NCBI GenBank assembly: GCA_043228905.1
Contig: JBHGNT010000004.1
Location: forward strand, 6,820,001 to 6,884,000
Length of the DNA stretch: 64,000 bases
Direction: 5' to 3'
Origin: Azolla caroliniana
Taxonomy: Eukaryota > Plantae > Polypodiophyta
Below are positions 10,693 through 22,536 of this stretch, one piece after another. Below the pieces are notes generated by a model. That model searched no databases. It was not told the origin of the DNA and saw nothing but the letters and a program-made list of their open reading frames with translations. Position numbers and translations under genes: made by a program. Position 1 is the first letter of the stretch, and every line of letters begins with the position of its first letter.

Positions 10693-12153
10693 ATGGCTTC
10701 AGTTTCGGTTTCAAGAATTGGGCTTGTCGGCCTTGCAGTAATGGGCCAGAATCTTGCCCTAAACATAGCAGAGAAAGGCTTTCCGATCTCTGTATACAAT
10801 CGATCAAGCAACAAAGTCGACGAAACAGTAGAGAGAGCGAAACAAGAAGGGAACCTACCTTTGAAGGGCTTTTATGAACCTGGAGAATTCATTGCATCAA
10901 TCCAAAAGCCACGTTGTGTGATAATCCTTGTTAAAGCAGGATCCCCAGTAGATCAAACCATTGATACTCTTTCCAAGTACTTAGAGGCCGGAGATTGCAT
11001 CATAGATGGTGGAAATGAATGGTATGAGAATACAGAGAGAAGAGCTGAGGCTGTGAAATCGAAAGGTCTTCTTTATCTTGGGATGGGTGTTTCCGGAGGA
11101 GAAGAAGGAGCTAGGTATGGACCTTCTCTCATGCCCGGTGGTACTATTGAAGCTTATAAATACATTGAGGATATCGTTGTGAAAATTGCTGCTCAAGTTA
11201 ATGATGGGCCATGTGTTACTTATATCGGAGATGGAGGAGCGGGTAACTTTGTGAAGATGGTTCATAATGGGATAGAGTATGGAGATATGCAACTAATCGC
11301 AGAAGCTTATGATGTGCTTAAATCAGTGGGTGGATTAACAAACCAAGAACTTTCTTCGGCATTTACTGAATGGAACAAAGGGGAGTTAGAAAGCTTTTTG
11401 ATTGAGATCACCTCATATATATTTTCAGTGTCTGATGATAAAGGAGATGGAGAATTGGTAGATAAAATACTGGATAAGACGGGGATGAAAGGTACTGGGA
11501 AATGGACTGTTCAACAGGCTGCAGAGCTCTCTATTGCTGCCCCCACCATAGCTGCATCTCTAGATTCAAGATTCCTAAGTGGTCTTAAAGAAGAAAGAGA
11601 ATCTGCTTCCAAGGTATTTAAAGAGGCCGGATTAGGAGATATTATCTCAGCTAATAATGTGGATAAAGAACAGCTTATCAATGATGTAAGAAAAGCATTG
11701 TATGCATCCAAGATATGTAGTTATGCCCAAGGGATGAACATCATCCGAGCGAAGAGCATTGAAAAAGGTTGGAATCTCAATCTTGGAGAAATTTCTCGGA
11801 TCTGGAAAGGTGGGTGTATAATCCGAGCCATATTTTTGGATAGGATTAAGAAGGCTTATGATAGGAATCCTAAGCTGGCCAGTCTTCTGGTTGATCCCGA
11901 ATTTGCACATGAAATAGTGGATCGTCAAGGAGCATGGAGAAGAGTTGTTTCTCTTGCTATCAGTGTTGGTATCAGTACTCCTGGTATGAGTTCGAGTCTG
12001 GCTTATTTTGATACCTATCGCCGCTCTCGGTTGCCTGCCAATCTTCTTCAAGCTCAACGTGATTTCTTCGGAGCTCATACATATGAAAGGACCGATCAAC
12101 CCGGATCTTTCCACACCGAATGGTCTAAAATCGCTAAACAATCCAAGATTTAA
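10693..12153 (+). CDS. PGD2: 6-phosphogluconate dehydrogenase, decarboxylating; cytosolic/peroxisomal PGD2 type
   Basis: Intact intron-less 486-aa ORF with GLAVMG NADP-binding motif, 'VKMVHNGIEYGDMQL', 'GMKGTGKWT' and 'QRDFFGAHTYER'. No transit peptide. C-terminal SKI as in Arabidopsis PGD2. Confidence 0.96.
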   Translation: MASVSVSRIGLVGLAVMGQNLALNIAEKGFPISVYNRSSNKVDETVERAKQEGNLPLKGFYEPGEFIASIQKPRCVIILVKAGSPVDQTIDTLSKYLEAGDCIIDGGNEWYENTERRAEAVKSKGLLYLGMGVSGGEEGARYGPSLMPGGTIEAYKYIEDIVVKIAAQVNDGPCVTYIGDGGAGNFVKMVHNGIEYGDMQLIAEAYDVLKSVGGLTNQELSSAFTEWNKGELESFLIEITSYIFSVSDDKGDGELVDKILDKTGMKGTGKWTVQQAAELSIAAPTIAASLDSRFLSGLKEERESASKVFKEAGLGDIISANNVDKEQLINDVRKALYASKICSYAQGMNIIRAKSIEKGWNLNLGEISRIWKGGCIIRAIFLDRIKKAYDRNPKLASLLVDPEFAHEIVDRQGAWRRVVSLAISVGISTPGMSSSLAYFDTYRRSRLPANLLQAQRDFFGAHTYERTDQPGSFHTEWSKIAKQSKI

Positions 12154-12839
12154 TCGATCGTTTTTCGTCATAGTAATAAATCTGCTGGCATTTGTTGCCT
12201 AGGTATTCGTAAATAATTGAGCCTCACTGCTTAGATAAGATTTATTTTGTACTTTGAGTTTGTATCCATGATCGTGATTGTCATCCTTTTTATGTAGCAA
12301 TGTGTTTTAGCCACACTAGACTGGATGCAGTTTATTATCAGATTATTAACCATACATTATTGCAATTGCTATCAATGAATATTAAGTAAGTAAACTTTGT
12401 TTTCTATCTTGTGCACTATTTTTAGTGCTGAAGCAGACTATGTGGGTGGGTGACCTTGACTCTTTTCTCATTCATAATAGCATATTTTTTTCGTATATCC
12501 ATAGTTACTGCATATGTTTTACAGTAGATCAGTGCCCATTTATATCCATTAATAATCTTTTATAAGAAGGTTCTGTTCATGTTCACTTGTGAGAGGAACT
12601 TCTAATTTGTGAGTAAATTTGATTTCTGCACCTACATTGACTTGGAATAAATGTGCCTTGCCTTGCAAGTCATATATGTACCTTGCAGGCAATCAGGCCT
12701 TTTAGATTATTTTGACATAGTAAAGGTTCTCCATTCATTTGTGATTCACGAGAAATGATGTAAATGCCCATTCTTATCTTCTGGATTCAAGAATAATATT
12801 GACCGAAAACTTATTATAGAGAGGAAAGGGGAGCAAAAC

Positions 12840-13212
12840 GGCAACGGTTCGGTTTAGGCTTAGCTGGTTTGGCCTGATCCAAGCCAAACCGGCTAAGCCT
12901 AAACCGTTTACAGGATCTCAAACCTGAGCCGAGCCGAGCCAAGCCGAGCCGGTTCACAAACCGGTTTAGGCTAAACTGGTTTGTGAGCCGGCTTGGTAAC
13001 CGGCTTGTAAACCGGTTTCCAAACCGGCTTGGAAACCGGTTTAGAAACCTCCGTCTCTCTCTCTCTCTCTCCCTACCTCCCTCTCTCTCAGATGATCCCT
13101 CCCACTCTCTCTCACGTCTGTGGTCTCGACTCTCTCTCCCTCTCCCTCTCTCTCCCCTCTATGTAAATCCTCTCTCTCTCTCTCTCTCTCTCACGTCTAT
13201 GGTCTCGACTCT

Positions 13213-13245
<33 letters not shown>

Positions 13246-13673
13246 CCCTCTGTGTAGTCTCTCTGTCTCTCCCCTCTATGTAGTTCCTCTCTCTCTCTCT
13301 CTCTCTCTCCTTATATGTTGTCTCCCTCCCTCTCTCTCTCTCTCCTCGTTTGTGTAGTCTCTCTCTCTCTCTCTCCTTATATGTTGTCTCCCTCCCTCTG
13401 TCTCTCTCTCCTCGTCTATGTAGTTCTCCCTCCCTTACTCTCTCTCTCTCTTTCCCCTTGTTTGTTGTCTCTCTCCCCCTCTCTAAAGTTTATAAACGGT
13501 TTATCCGGCTTAGCTGGCTTGAGCCGGTTTGGCGAGGCTCAAGCCAAGCCGAGCCGAGCTCAAACCGTTAAGGCAAGTTCAAGCCTAAACCGAGCCGAGC
13601 CGAGCCGCTAAGCCGTTTTCAAGCCGGCTAAGCCAAACGGTTTAGGCTTGAGCCGAGCCGTTGCCGATCCCTA
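12840..13673. mobile_element. Non-autonomous hAT-type element (MITE-like) with central CT microsatellite; left TIR truncated
   Basis: 8-bp TSD AGCAAAAC (12832-12839, 13674-13681). Right end ccgttgccgatcccta (TAGGG-type TIR); left end starts ggcaacgg. Subterminal gccgagcc/aaaccgg arrays. Confidence 0.85.
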
Positions 13674-13844
13674 AGCAAAACCACTAAAAGAAGACACTTC
13701 AGAAAAATGAAACATAACTAGTGGAAAAAATATTTTTGTAGTTGGAAGTTTCGATCATCCACAATATTTATTGTTCACTTGTGATTCATTCAAGGCAAAA
13801 AGAGTGTGCCAACTCTCACCAACTTATAATTGAACTATCAAACT

Positions 13845-14190
13845 AGTATGCAATTCCCACTCTCACCAACTCTTTTTGGTCGAGGCATTGATGAATTAGA
13901 AAAAAATGGTTGCCAAGTTTGTAAAGGATGAAGGTATTGAAGTTGCCAACTCTTTTGTTGCATGCAAATGATGTGGCACTTTCGCCAAATTACTTTCGAA
14001 GATACACACAAGCTTATCATGGAATTGGAAGAGTTTTACATGCGTACTAAGTTGAGTGTCAATAGCTCTAAAATGAAGATTATGCTTGTGAGGAACCAAA
14101 TATAAGGATAAACCATGCAATATGTACAATAATGAGCCATATACCTTGGCCTTGAAGGTCCGTCAAACCATAGATAGAATGAATGTGCCA
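13845..14190 (+). pseudogene. RTE-like RT relic
   Basis: Similar to the 9130-9530 RTE segment in reverse orientation (cactctcaccaac...gcattgatgaattagaa; gtgtcaatagctctaaaa). Confidence 0.7.
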
Positions 14191-14199
14191 ACGACATTA

Positions 14200-14930
14200 G
14201 TTATAGTGTGACGCTTGAGGAACCAATCACACCTAGGGTGAGGGGGAAGAGTTGGTGGGGCAAGACATAAAACTGGTGTGAGAAAGTGAGATTGCGTAAG
14301 GTGATGGTGCCTTGTGTGCAAGAGTAGTATAAATGTTGGTGATCGTCAAAAAGGACTTGGATGGAGGGAGCGATGTATGTAGGGAGGCCTAACTAGTGAA
14401 TTAAGGTGGCGCTAATGGAAGAGATACTACTACCAAACTCTAACAAGATGGTGTGGGTGGAGTGATTGATGGTGGTGAGAGCGATGCATACCCGTGAAGC
14501 GGAAGAGGCAGATGGTTGGACGTGGGGGGATGGCTCTTCCATCAACATCCTAGAGGTCAGTTTCTCGGGAGCTCAACCAACGATACTATGTTGGCCATGG
14601 TTATTTGGACTTGTTGCTTGTGAGATTGTTGTTGTGATTTCCGGTAGTGACGTCAGACGTGTCCATAATTGTTGCAGTAGAAGCACTTTGGGCGCCCTTG
14701 GGCATTGTGATTGGGAAGGTTGCGGCGAGCATGTAGCTGCACGTTTTGGACATCAATGTCCATGGGGGCCGCTCCCTAGTATTGGGCTCACATGTCGGTT
14801 GATGGTAGAGGGGGGTGGCGTGGTTGGGACTTGGATAGCGTACAAGATTCGATGCGTTGGATGATGAGGATGGCTTCGTTGAATGTCTTGGGATGTTGGT
14901 CTTAGGCGTGGCGGGTGATGTCATGGCGCA
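14200..14930 (-). pseudogene. Gypsy gag C-terminus and protease relic (chromovirus-like)
   Basis: Manual translation: 'PKTFNEAI..APMDID..PKCFYCNNYGHV', gag ending 'ELPRN*', then a protease-like 'TILLEFGSSISSI..LGLP' in the -1 frame. Confidence 0.7.
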
Positions 14931-16510
14931 AAAGGTGCCTTTCAAGTACCTGAGTATCCACTTCACCGCTGCCCAATGTTCTCTTCCTGGATTACTCATG
15001 TATCAACTTACTATCCCCACAACAAAAGCTATGTCTGGTCTCGTGCAAACCATAACATACATTAGACTGCCGATGGCTGAGGCATATGGTACTTTCCTCA
15101 TCTCAACCTTTTCTCTCTCCCCTCTCAGGCATTGCTTTGCATTTAACTTGCAGTTAAGCGGTAACACAAAGCCGACCTGCTTTGCTTCAGACATGTTGAA
15201 TCTCTCTAGGATCTTTGTCACATACTTCTATTGGGAGAACCACAACACCTTCTTAGTTCTATCTTGAACTATGTGCATCCCCAAGATCTGTTTAGCCGGT
15301 CCAAGATCTTTCATGGCAAACAATTTGCCTAGAGCTTTCTTGAAGCTTCCGATCTTCCTTGCATCTTGACTGACTATCAACATGTCATCTACATATAATA
15401 AGAGAATCAAGAAATCACCTTCTTCGCACCTTTTGACGAACACACAATGATCAACCTGTGTTTTCTGGAACCGATGTTCCGTCATGAAGGATTCAAACTT
15501 CTTGTATCATTGGTGTGGAGCTTGTTTCAGGCCATACAAGCTTTTCTTCAATCGACACACTAGGTTCTCTTTCCCTTTCTCCTCAAAACCTTCGGGTTGT
15601 TGCATGTAGATCTCTTCATCCAGATCCCCATGCAAGAATGTTGTCTTGACCTCCAACTGTTCGATCTCTAGGTCCATGTTGGCAGCTATGCTCAGAATAG
15701 TTCGGATGGATGTCATCTTCGCGACTGATGCGAAAATCTCGTAGAATTCTACACCCTTTTTATGTTGGAACCCCTTCACCACTATGTCAGCTTTATACCT
15801 AGGCGCGTTGTCGACTTTTCCAGTCTTCACCTTATAGACCCATTTGTTCTTGAGTGCTCTATTACCTTTTGGTAATTCTACCAGGTCGTAGGTGTAGTTT
15901 TCGTGCAAGGAGTCCATCTCATCATGCATTGCACTCAACCATTTTTCTTTGTGCTCATCGGCAATGACTTCATCATAGAACTCATGTTCACCTTCATCAG
16001 TCAAGAGGATGTATTGACTGACATATGTTGTCGGTGCTCTCCTTTCTCTAAGTGGGTATCTCCTTCCACTCGTTGTCGGCTTCAGTTTGGATGTCTCTAC
16101 CGACTGTACTCTCAGCTCGGGTTCATATGTGTTGATCGGTCGTCAAGGATTTGTTGATTCTGAATCTTAGTCTTCGATCGACTTCCATAGATCTGCTGAC
16201 TCCGACTCATCTGTATTTGTCGGTTGCTCCGAGTCCACTGACTTGGATTCGGCAATGCCGACTAGCTGTCTCCGACTAGATTGTGTCGGTTCACTTGGCC
16301 TTAAATCGATGGTCGTGGGAGTTGATTGGGACGTCGATTCCGACTTCTATTGCTTCCAGTCCTCAATCGTCTTATCTTCCAAGAAGACTACACCCCGACC
16401 TCTCACTACTTTCTTATCGACTAAGTCCCATAGCATGTAGCCGAACTCATCTTTAGAGTATCCCATGAATATGCATGGCTTCGACTTACTGTCCAGCTTC
16501 GACCTCTGAT
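14931..16510 (-). mobile_element. Old Copia F (Tork-like), integrase C-terminus to RT; host of G1
   Basis: 'SKLDSKSKPCIF', 'LYVDD', 'HWAAVKWILRYLKG'. Joins 45047-45265 across TSD CTGAT to give 'HVPKDQ|RSKLD'. Confidence 0.88.
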
Positions 16511-17004
16511 TGTTATCCGTTCCTTTGGAAACACCTTCGATGAGCCCACAGGCTGTCGGTGTCAAGGGATCGTGTTATGTGGAAGCTTCTTCTACACGGG
16601 GAAAAAGAGAGGAGAACAAGGATCGTACACGGGCTACAACCCGTTAAGTATGAACGTAGCCCAATTTATGAGTACGGGGAGAATACACATATAGAAGTTT
16701 AGAAAAACGTAACTTATATTCAATGATAAGCGCACCGTGATTACAGTACTCGGCCTCAGCTTGGAAACAATACATACAGAGCTTGCTCCTATGATATTAC
16801 TCTCGCTCAGAATAATCTAGGTATCCCCCCTTGGGGTATGCATAACTCAGGTTATATAGTTTTTCCCTTCAGACAGAGCCGAGCCATCGACTGATTGTGA
16901 GGGCTAAAACACGGCTATTTCTAGTCTTACCTATTTCCTCACCTACTCTTCTACCTAACGGCGAGTTTACATAATATATTTATATTTCTGGCCTATGGAC
17001 AACA
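16511..17004 (-). repeat. G1 3' LTR
   Basis: tgttatccg...ggacaaca; TATA-like ctatataa on the minus strand. Confidence 0.95.
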
Positions 17005-17006
17005 CC

Positions 17007-17023
17007 TGGCACGCCCATGGGAC
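17007..17023 (+). promoter_or_regulatory. PBS-like motif (tRNA-Arg type) at the position where G1's PPT should be
   Basis: tggcacgcccatgggac lies 2 nt inside the LTR. The remembered plant tRNA-Arg(UCU) PBS is TGGCACGCCCAGTGGGAC. Confidence 0.7.
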
Positions 17024-17119
17024 AGGACTTTGTCCGTCGGACCACGGTTCACCATGGATTTGGCAAAACAACACAAATTACAAAAATTGCCCATTCCTAC
17101 GAGGGCTTATAGGCTGGTT

Positions 17120-18173
17120 TTATTCCTCTTCCAATATGCCGAGGATATCCTCGGGGGCGTGGGGTTGGTCTAGCTGCTCGGAAGGTGGGGTTGGTGATGG
17201 AGGTTGTGTTGTCAAGTCGGGGATGGTTGTGCCGTCATGTGTGCCCTCCTTTGTTGGGACCGGTTCAGGCAGGGTCGGGCTTATAGTTTGTGGCTCCGGT
17301 GGGATGTGGAGGTTTGTAGGGGCAGGTTTCTCCGGTCTAGCTACCGTGGTGGGTGGCTCGGGTCCTTGCTCGTTGGTTGTGGGAGCTCTGTTAATCCCGG
17401 TAGCCAGTCGTTCTTCCTCATATGCTTCGGCTTCTAAGCGAAACACCATTAGATCGTCGTTGAATTCCTCTAAGAGTTGCTTGATGGCCGCGGTGTGGGA
17501 TGTTGCCAAGGTATGATATTCCTCAGTTAAGTCTTCACGGAGGGTTTGGATGCTGGTGTCATCCATCTTGTAAAACCCTCGGCCCTCCTTCCGTCGGTTC
17601 TCGGCATCCGCGCGTAGTATGTGTAGGTCCGCGGCTTGGGCTGACCACCCGTGCCAGACATGGTCAAGTGTGTCTTTGATCTTTGTGGTGAATTGCTGGC
17701 GATACTTGTTGATTAGGATCTTGATTTTAGTATCGTCCATGTTGATGCTAGCGCGGTGAACTTCCATTGCCTCCCTTGCGGCCTTGGCTTCTGCTTGGCT
17801 TTTGCGGACGAGGAGTGCTAAAGTAGCTTGATTATCTTTTGCTTTTTCGGTGATGAGCGTGATTGTCTGCTCATAGCGTGTGGTGAGTTGAGCTACAGTT
17901 TCGTCCATGTCCTGTCGCCAAGCATCCCGATGTTGTTCTCTAGCGGCGATGTGCTCGGTTTGCAACTGGTGATACGCATCGAAAATTTTGCCCGTTGCTC
18001 TTCTGAGATCCTCCACTTTTGCATATGTTCGTTGGCCATGTCTTGTAAGGCTCTTTGACGACGTCATGATTCCTGGTTGTCTGCGAAGAGCTCTTGTTCC
18101 CGTTGGCTATTCCGTTCGGCTTCTTTGATGAAACGTTCTTTGGCCTCAGTGATAGAGACCTGAAGGGTCATCA
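17120..18173 (-). pseudogene. G1 extra ORF, C-terminal part (coiled-coil then Pro/Thr-rich tail)
   Basis: 315-aa ORF 17120-18067 plus 'MTLQVSITEAKERF..', which continues 'EREVM' from 30893-31357 once element C is removed. Confidence 0.75.
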
Positions 18174-18826
18174 TGTCGTAATTCCGTGCTCGGCCACCAC
18201 CGAGGAACAGGATCGATTCACAGAAAACGGGAAGTACAAGAATGCACGAAAAACAATAGAGAGAAGGGTACACTGGATGTTTTACGTGGAAAACCCTAAA
18301 TGGGAAAAACCACGGGAGTGCAAGACTCCAACTATCACTATGCGCGGGAATGTACAATGGCGAGCTGCAAGGCGACGACCTTGAGCTCGTTGTCCTCGCC
18401 ACAGGCGGCGGTATTACACAGAGGCGTCGACCTCTTCCTTCCTCTTCGTTCTCTCACTCTCTCTCGGCTGCTCTCACTTGCTTCCTCTTAGTGGAAAACA
18501 GAAAAATGAGCAACAACAACAAAACTGTTTGCCCTAAGTCATATTTATACACATATGACTTTCGGGCTATTTACAAATATAGCCTCAAGGGCCCTTGGCA
18601 AACATATTCACAGATATGTCCCCGCATCCGGATCTCTCTCCGGGTACATACGTCATCCGGCTCCGTAACCGGGGTCTTCAGCATCCGGCTCCGTAACCGG
18701 GTACTCTTCATCCGGCTTCATGCCGGGTACTCTTCATCATACGGTTCCGTAACAGCCTCCGGGCTTGCCGTCATTCATCTCCGGACATCCCATCCGGAGG
18801 GACCGAAATCCCAACAAACTCCCCCT

Positions 18827-21800
18827 TCACTTCGGCATGGGATGTCTCTCTAACCCGATCCTCTTCCGGCATGCTTCCAGCTTGTCGGGTGTGAGCACCT
18901 TGGTCAGCATATCCGACCCGTTCTCGTCCGTGTGGATCTTCGTCAGCACGAACTCCTTGTCTTCTATTCTTTCCCGGATCCAGTGGTATCTACGCTGGAT
19001 GTGTTTCGTCCGGGAATGGTAGGCCGCGTTCTTCGCAAGGTGGATGGCACTCAGACTATCGCAGTAGAGTCGGTACTCCTCCTGCCGGATACCGAGCTCT
19101 CTAATGAGGTCCTTCATCCATATTATTTCCTTGCCGGCTTCAACAGCCGCCATGTACTCCGCCTCCGTGGTTGACAACGCAACCGTCTTCTGCAGCCTCG
19201 ACTGCCACGAAACAGCTCCACCTGCATACGTCATCACATACCCTGTTGTGGACCGGCTGGTATCTGCATCAGCCGACATATCCGAATCGGTAAAGCCGTC
19301 GAATTCGGGCTTACCGGAGCCGAATCGGAGGCACACGTTTGCCGTGCCCTTCAGGTATCGGAGTATCCACTTGACCGCGTTCCAGTGCTCTTTGCCGGGA
19401 TTGCTCATGTACCGGCTCACCACTCCAACTGCATATCCTATGTCCGGTCTTGTACACACCATTGCGTACATCAAGCTTCCGACGGCAGAGGCATATGGTA
19501 CTTTCATCATGTCCTCCTTCTCAGCCTTTGTCTTGGGGCTTTGCTTGCTGGACAACTTGCAGTTTCCCGGGAGGGTTGACCCGACCGGTCTTGCTTCCGA
19601 CATGTTGAACCGGTGAAGCACCTTTGTCACGTACTTCTCCTGTGACAGCCACAACTGCTTCTTCTTCCGGTCCCGGATGATGTGCATCCCTAGTATTTGC
19701 CTCGCCGGACCCAGGTCCTTCATTGAGAAGGTTCGGTGAAGCGCTTTCTTCAGCGTCCGTATCTTGACCTGGTCCCGTCCGACGATCAACATGTCGTCCA
19801 CGTACAGGAGGAGTATTAGAGAGTCTCCTCCTTCGAACTTCTTCACAAACACGCAGTGATCAGACTGCGTTTTGTGGTACCCTTCGTCGGTCATGAAGGA
19901 GTCGAACTTCTGGTACCATTGCCGGGGAGCCTGCTTCAGTCCGTAAAGGCTCTTCTTCAACCGGCATACCAGGTGCTCCTTCCCTTTCTTCTCGAATCCT
20001 TCCGGTTGCTGCATGTAGATCTCTTCTTCGAGGTCACCGTGAAGGAATGCCGTCTTCACGTCCATTTGTTCTACCTCGAGGTCCATGCTTGCCGCTATGC
20101 TCAGCACCGTCCGGATGGAGGTCATCTTCACTACCGGGGCGAATATCTCGTCGAAGTCGACGCCCTTCTTCTGCTGAAACCCCTTCACCACGATCCTGGC
20201 TTTGTATCTCGGGGGGTTTCCGGCATCTCCCGGTTTCAGCTTGAACACCCACTTGTTTCGAAGTGCCCGCTTTCCTTTCGGCAACTCCACAAGTTCATAT
20301 GTGTGGTTCTCATGCAGGGAATCCATCTCGTCCTGCATGGCACTCAACCACCTGCGGCTTTGGGTGTCATGCTTTGCTTCTTCAAAGCTCTCCGGCTCCC
20401 CTTCGTCGGTTAGCAGCAAGTGCTCTGGTTCCGGAAATCTCCGGGGGGCCCTTCTCTCTCTTAGAGGATATCTCCGTTCCGGAGCTTCGGTAACCGGTTC
20501 TTCCGATTCTTCTTCATCCGAATCCATTTCGGGATCGGGGCCGGTTCCGGTATCATTTTCATCTTCTTCGGCCGGTTCTGTTTCTTCATAGTCTTCGGCC
20601 GGATCCTCGAGTGTTAACCGGTCCCTTGCCGGTCGGGACTGCTCCTCGTAGAGTTGATCCTCACCGGTCGACTTGGAGCTCTTCATCTTCTTCTCCGACT
20701 CCCAGTCGGCGAGTGTCTTGTCCTCCATGAAGATGATGTCTCGACTCCTGAATATCTTCTTGTCGACCGGGTCCCATACTCGGTAGCCGAACTCGTCGTC
20801 GCCGTAACCGAGGAATATGCATGGCCGGGTCTTTGGATCTAGCTTTCCTCTCCGGTCCTTTGCCACATGCACGTATGCGAGACACCCGAACACCTTCAGA
20901 TGCCGGTAGGACACTTCCTTACCGGTCCACACTTTCTGCGGCGTGTCTCCGTCCAAAGGTACTGAGGGTGATCTGTTTATCACGTATGTCGCCGTCGACA
21001 TTGCCTCAGCCCAAAACCCCTTGGGTAATTTCGCATGCGCCAGCATACTCCGGACCCTCTCCATTATGGTCCGGTTCATCCTCTCGGCCAGCCCGTTCAG
21101 TTCCGGCGTCTTCGGCACAGTAAACTCGAGCCGGATTCCCTTCGAGCGACAGTACTCCTGGAACTGCCCCCGGTATTCCCCTCCGTTATCCGCTCGTATC
21201 GCTTTCAGCTTCTTGCCGGATTCTCTTTCCACTCTCGCGTGGAGTTCTTTGAAGACGGACAACACTTGGTCCTTTGTCCTCAACGGCGCCGTCCACAGCT
21301 TCCGGCTGTGATCATCAATGAAAGTCACGAAGTACTGGGCTCCGCCATGTGACTTCGTTTCTACCTGACACACATCAGTGTGCACCAACTCCAATGGTGC
21401 GCTACGTCTCGTCGGTGGCCTTGAGTGGAAGGAGGTTCGGTTCTGCTTACCGGCCAGGCAATCGGTGCACTTCTCCAGATGCACATGCTTCACTGGAATG
21501 AGGTTGTCTTCTGCAAGCCTCTTCATCCCCTTCTCGCTCATGTGGCACAGTCTCTTGTGCCACAGCTCACCGGCAGTGTCGGCTGCCACGTTCAGCTCCT
21601 CCGGACATAGCCGGGAATTCATCAGGTACAGGGTGTTGACCTTCCGGGCCCGAGCCACTATCAGGCTCCCCTTGCTGAACTTCATGACACCGTTCCGGAT
21701 GCTACCCGTGTAGCCTTCATCATCTAGCCTCCCGGCCGAGATCAGGTTCAATCGGACCTCCGGAACGTGTCGCACATCCTTCAACAGCATCTTGCATCCG

Positions 21801-22536
21801 GTTGATGTCAACAGCCACACGTCTCCTATGCCGGCAATCCGGCATGTGCCTTCATTTCCCATCCGGACACAGCCGTGCTCACCGGCTGTGTAGGATGAGA
21901 AGTATTTCTTCTCCGGGGTCAGGTGGAACGACGCTCCGGAATCGACCACCCAGGTCATCTCTATACCGGCAAGGTTCAGCTCCCTCTCTTCGGTAATAAG
22001 CATTATCTCTTCTTCACTTGCCGCGAGTGCCGTCGTTCCTTTCCGGTCCTGCCCTCGCCGATCCGGACCTCTCCGGTCCGTGGCTCCCCGGTATGCACCG
22101 TTTCTCTCCAGTGACTTCTTCGAATCGGTGTCGTCGGCTCCGTTGTCCTTTCGGTAATGCCGACAATTCTTCCGGAAGTGCCCCGGCTTCCCACAGTGGA
22201 AGCATGTTGGCCTTCCTCTTGACTGCGACCGGGTCCCCGACTTCTCCCGTCTTTGCGGACTCCGGTTCCATTGTCTTCCCCGATCCGATTCGGTAAGCAG
22301 CATCTTCTGATCAGAAACCGGTTCTTTATCTCTCCTACGCGCTTCTTCGTTCAAAATACTTGTCTTTACCGTTTGTAGGGACAAGTTATCTTCGGTGCAG
22401 GAGGTGCTGAGAGTCACCACCAAGTTCTCCCAGCTGTCCGGCAATGTACACATCAGGATGATGGCTTGCATTGCATCCTCCAACGGGAACTTGATCGCCG
22501 CAAGCTGGTTCACGAATCCCATGAACGTGCTTACGT
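18827..22536 (-). CDS. Copia C gag C-terminus plus pol (zinc knuckle, PR, IN, RT, RH), open frame
   Basis: 1231-aa ORF: CFHCGKPGHFRKNC, VDSGAS, WHKRLCH..CTDC, DNGGEY, YVDD. Confidence 0.93.

Noticed and set aside
10693-12153. Bacterial gnd by contamination or recent transfer (intron-less CDS)
   Set aside because: The sequence is plant-type with SKI, a probable leader intron and plant TE flanks. Plant 6PGD coding regions are typically intron-less.
12983-13611. Leu/Ser-rich ORFs
   Set aside because: They are translations of CT microsatellite inside the hAT element.
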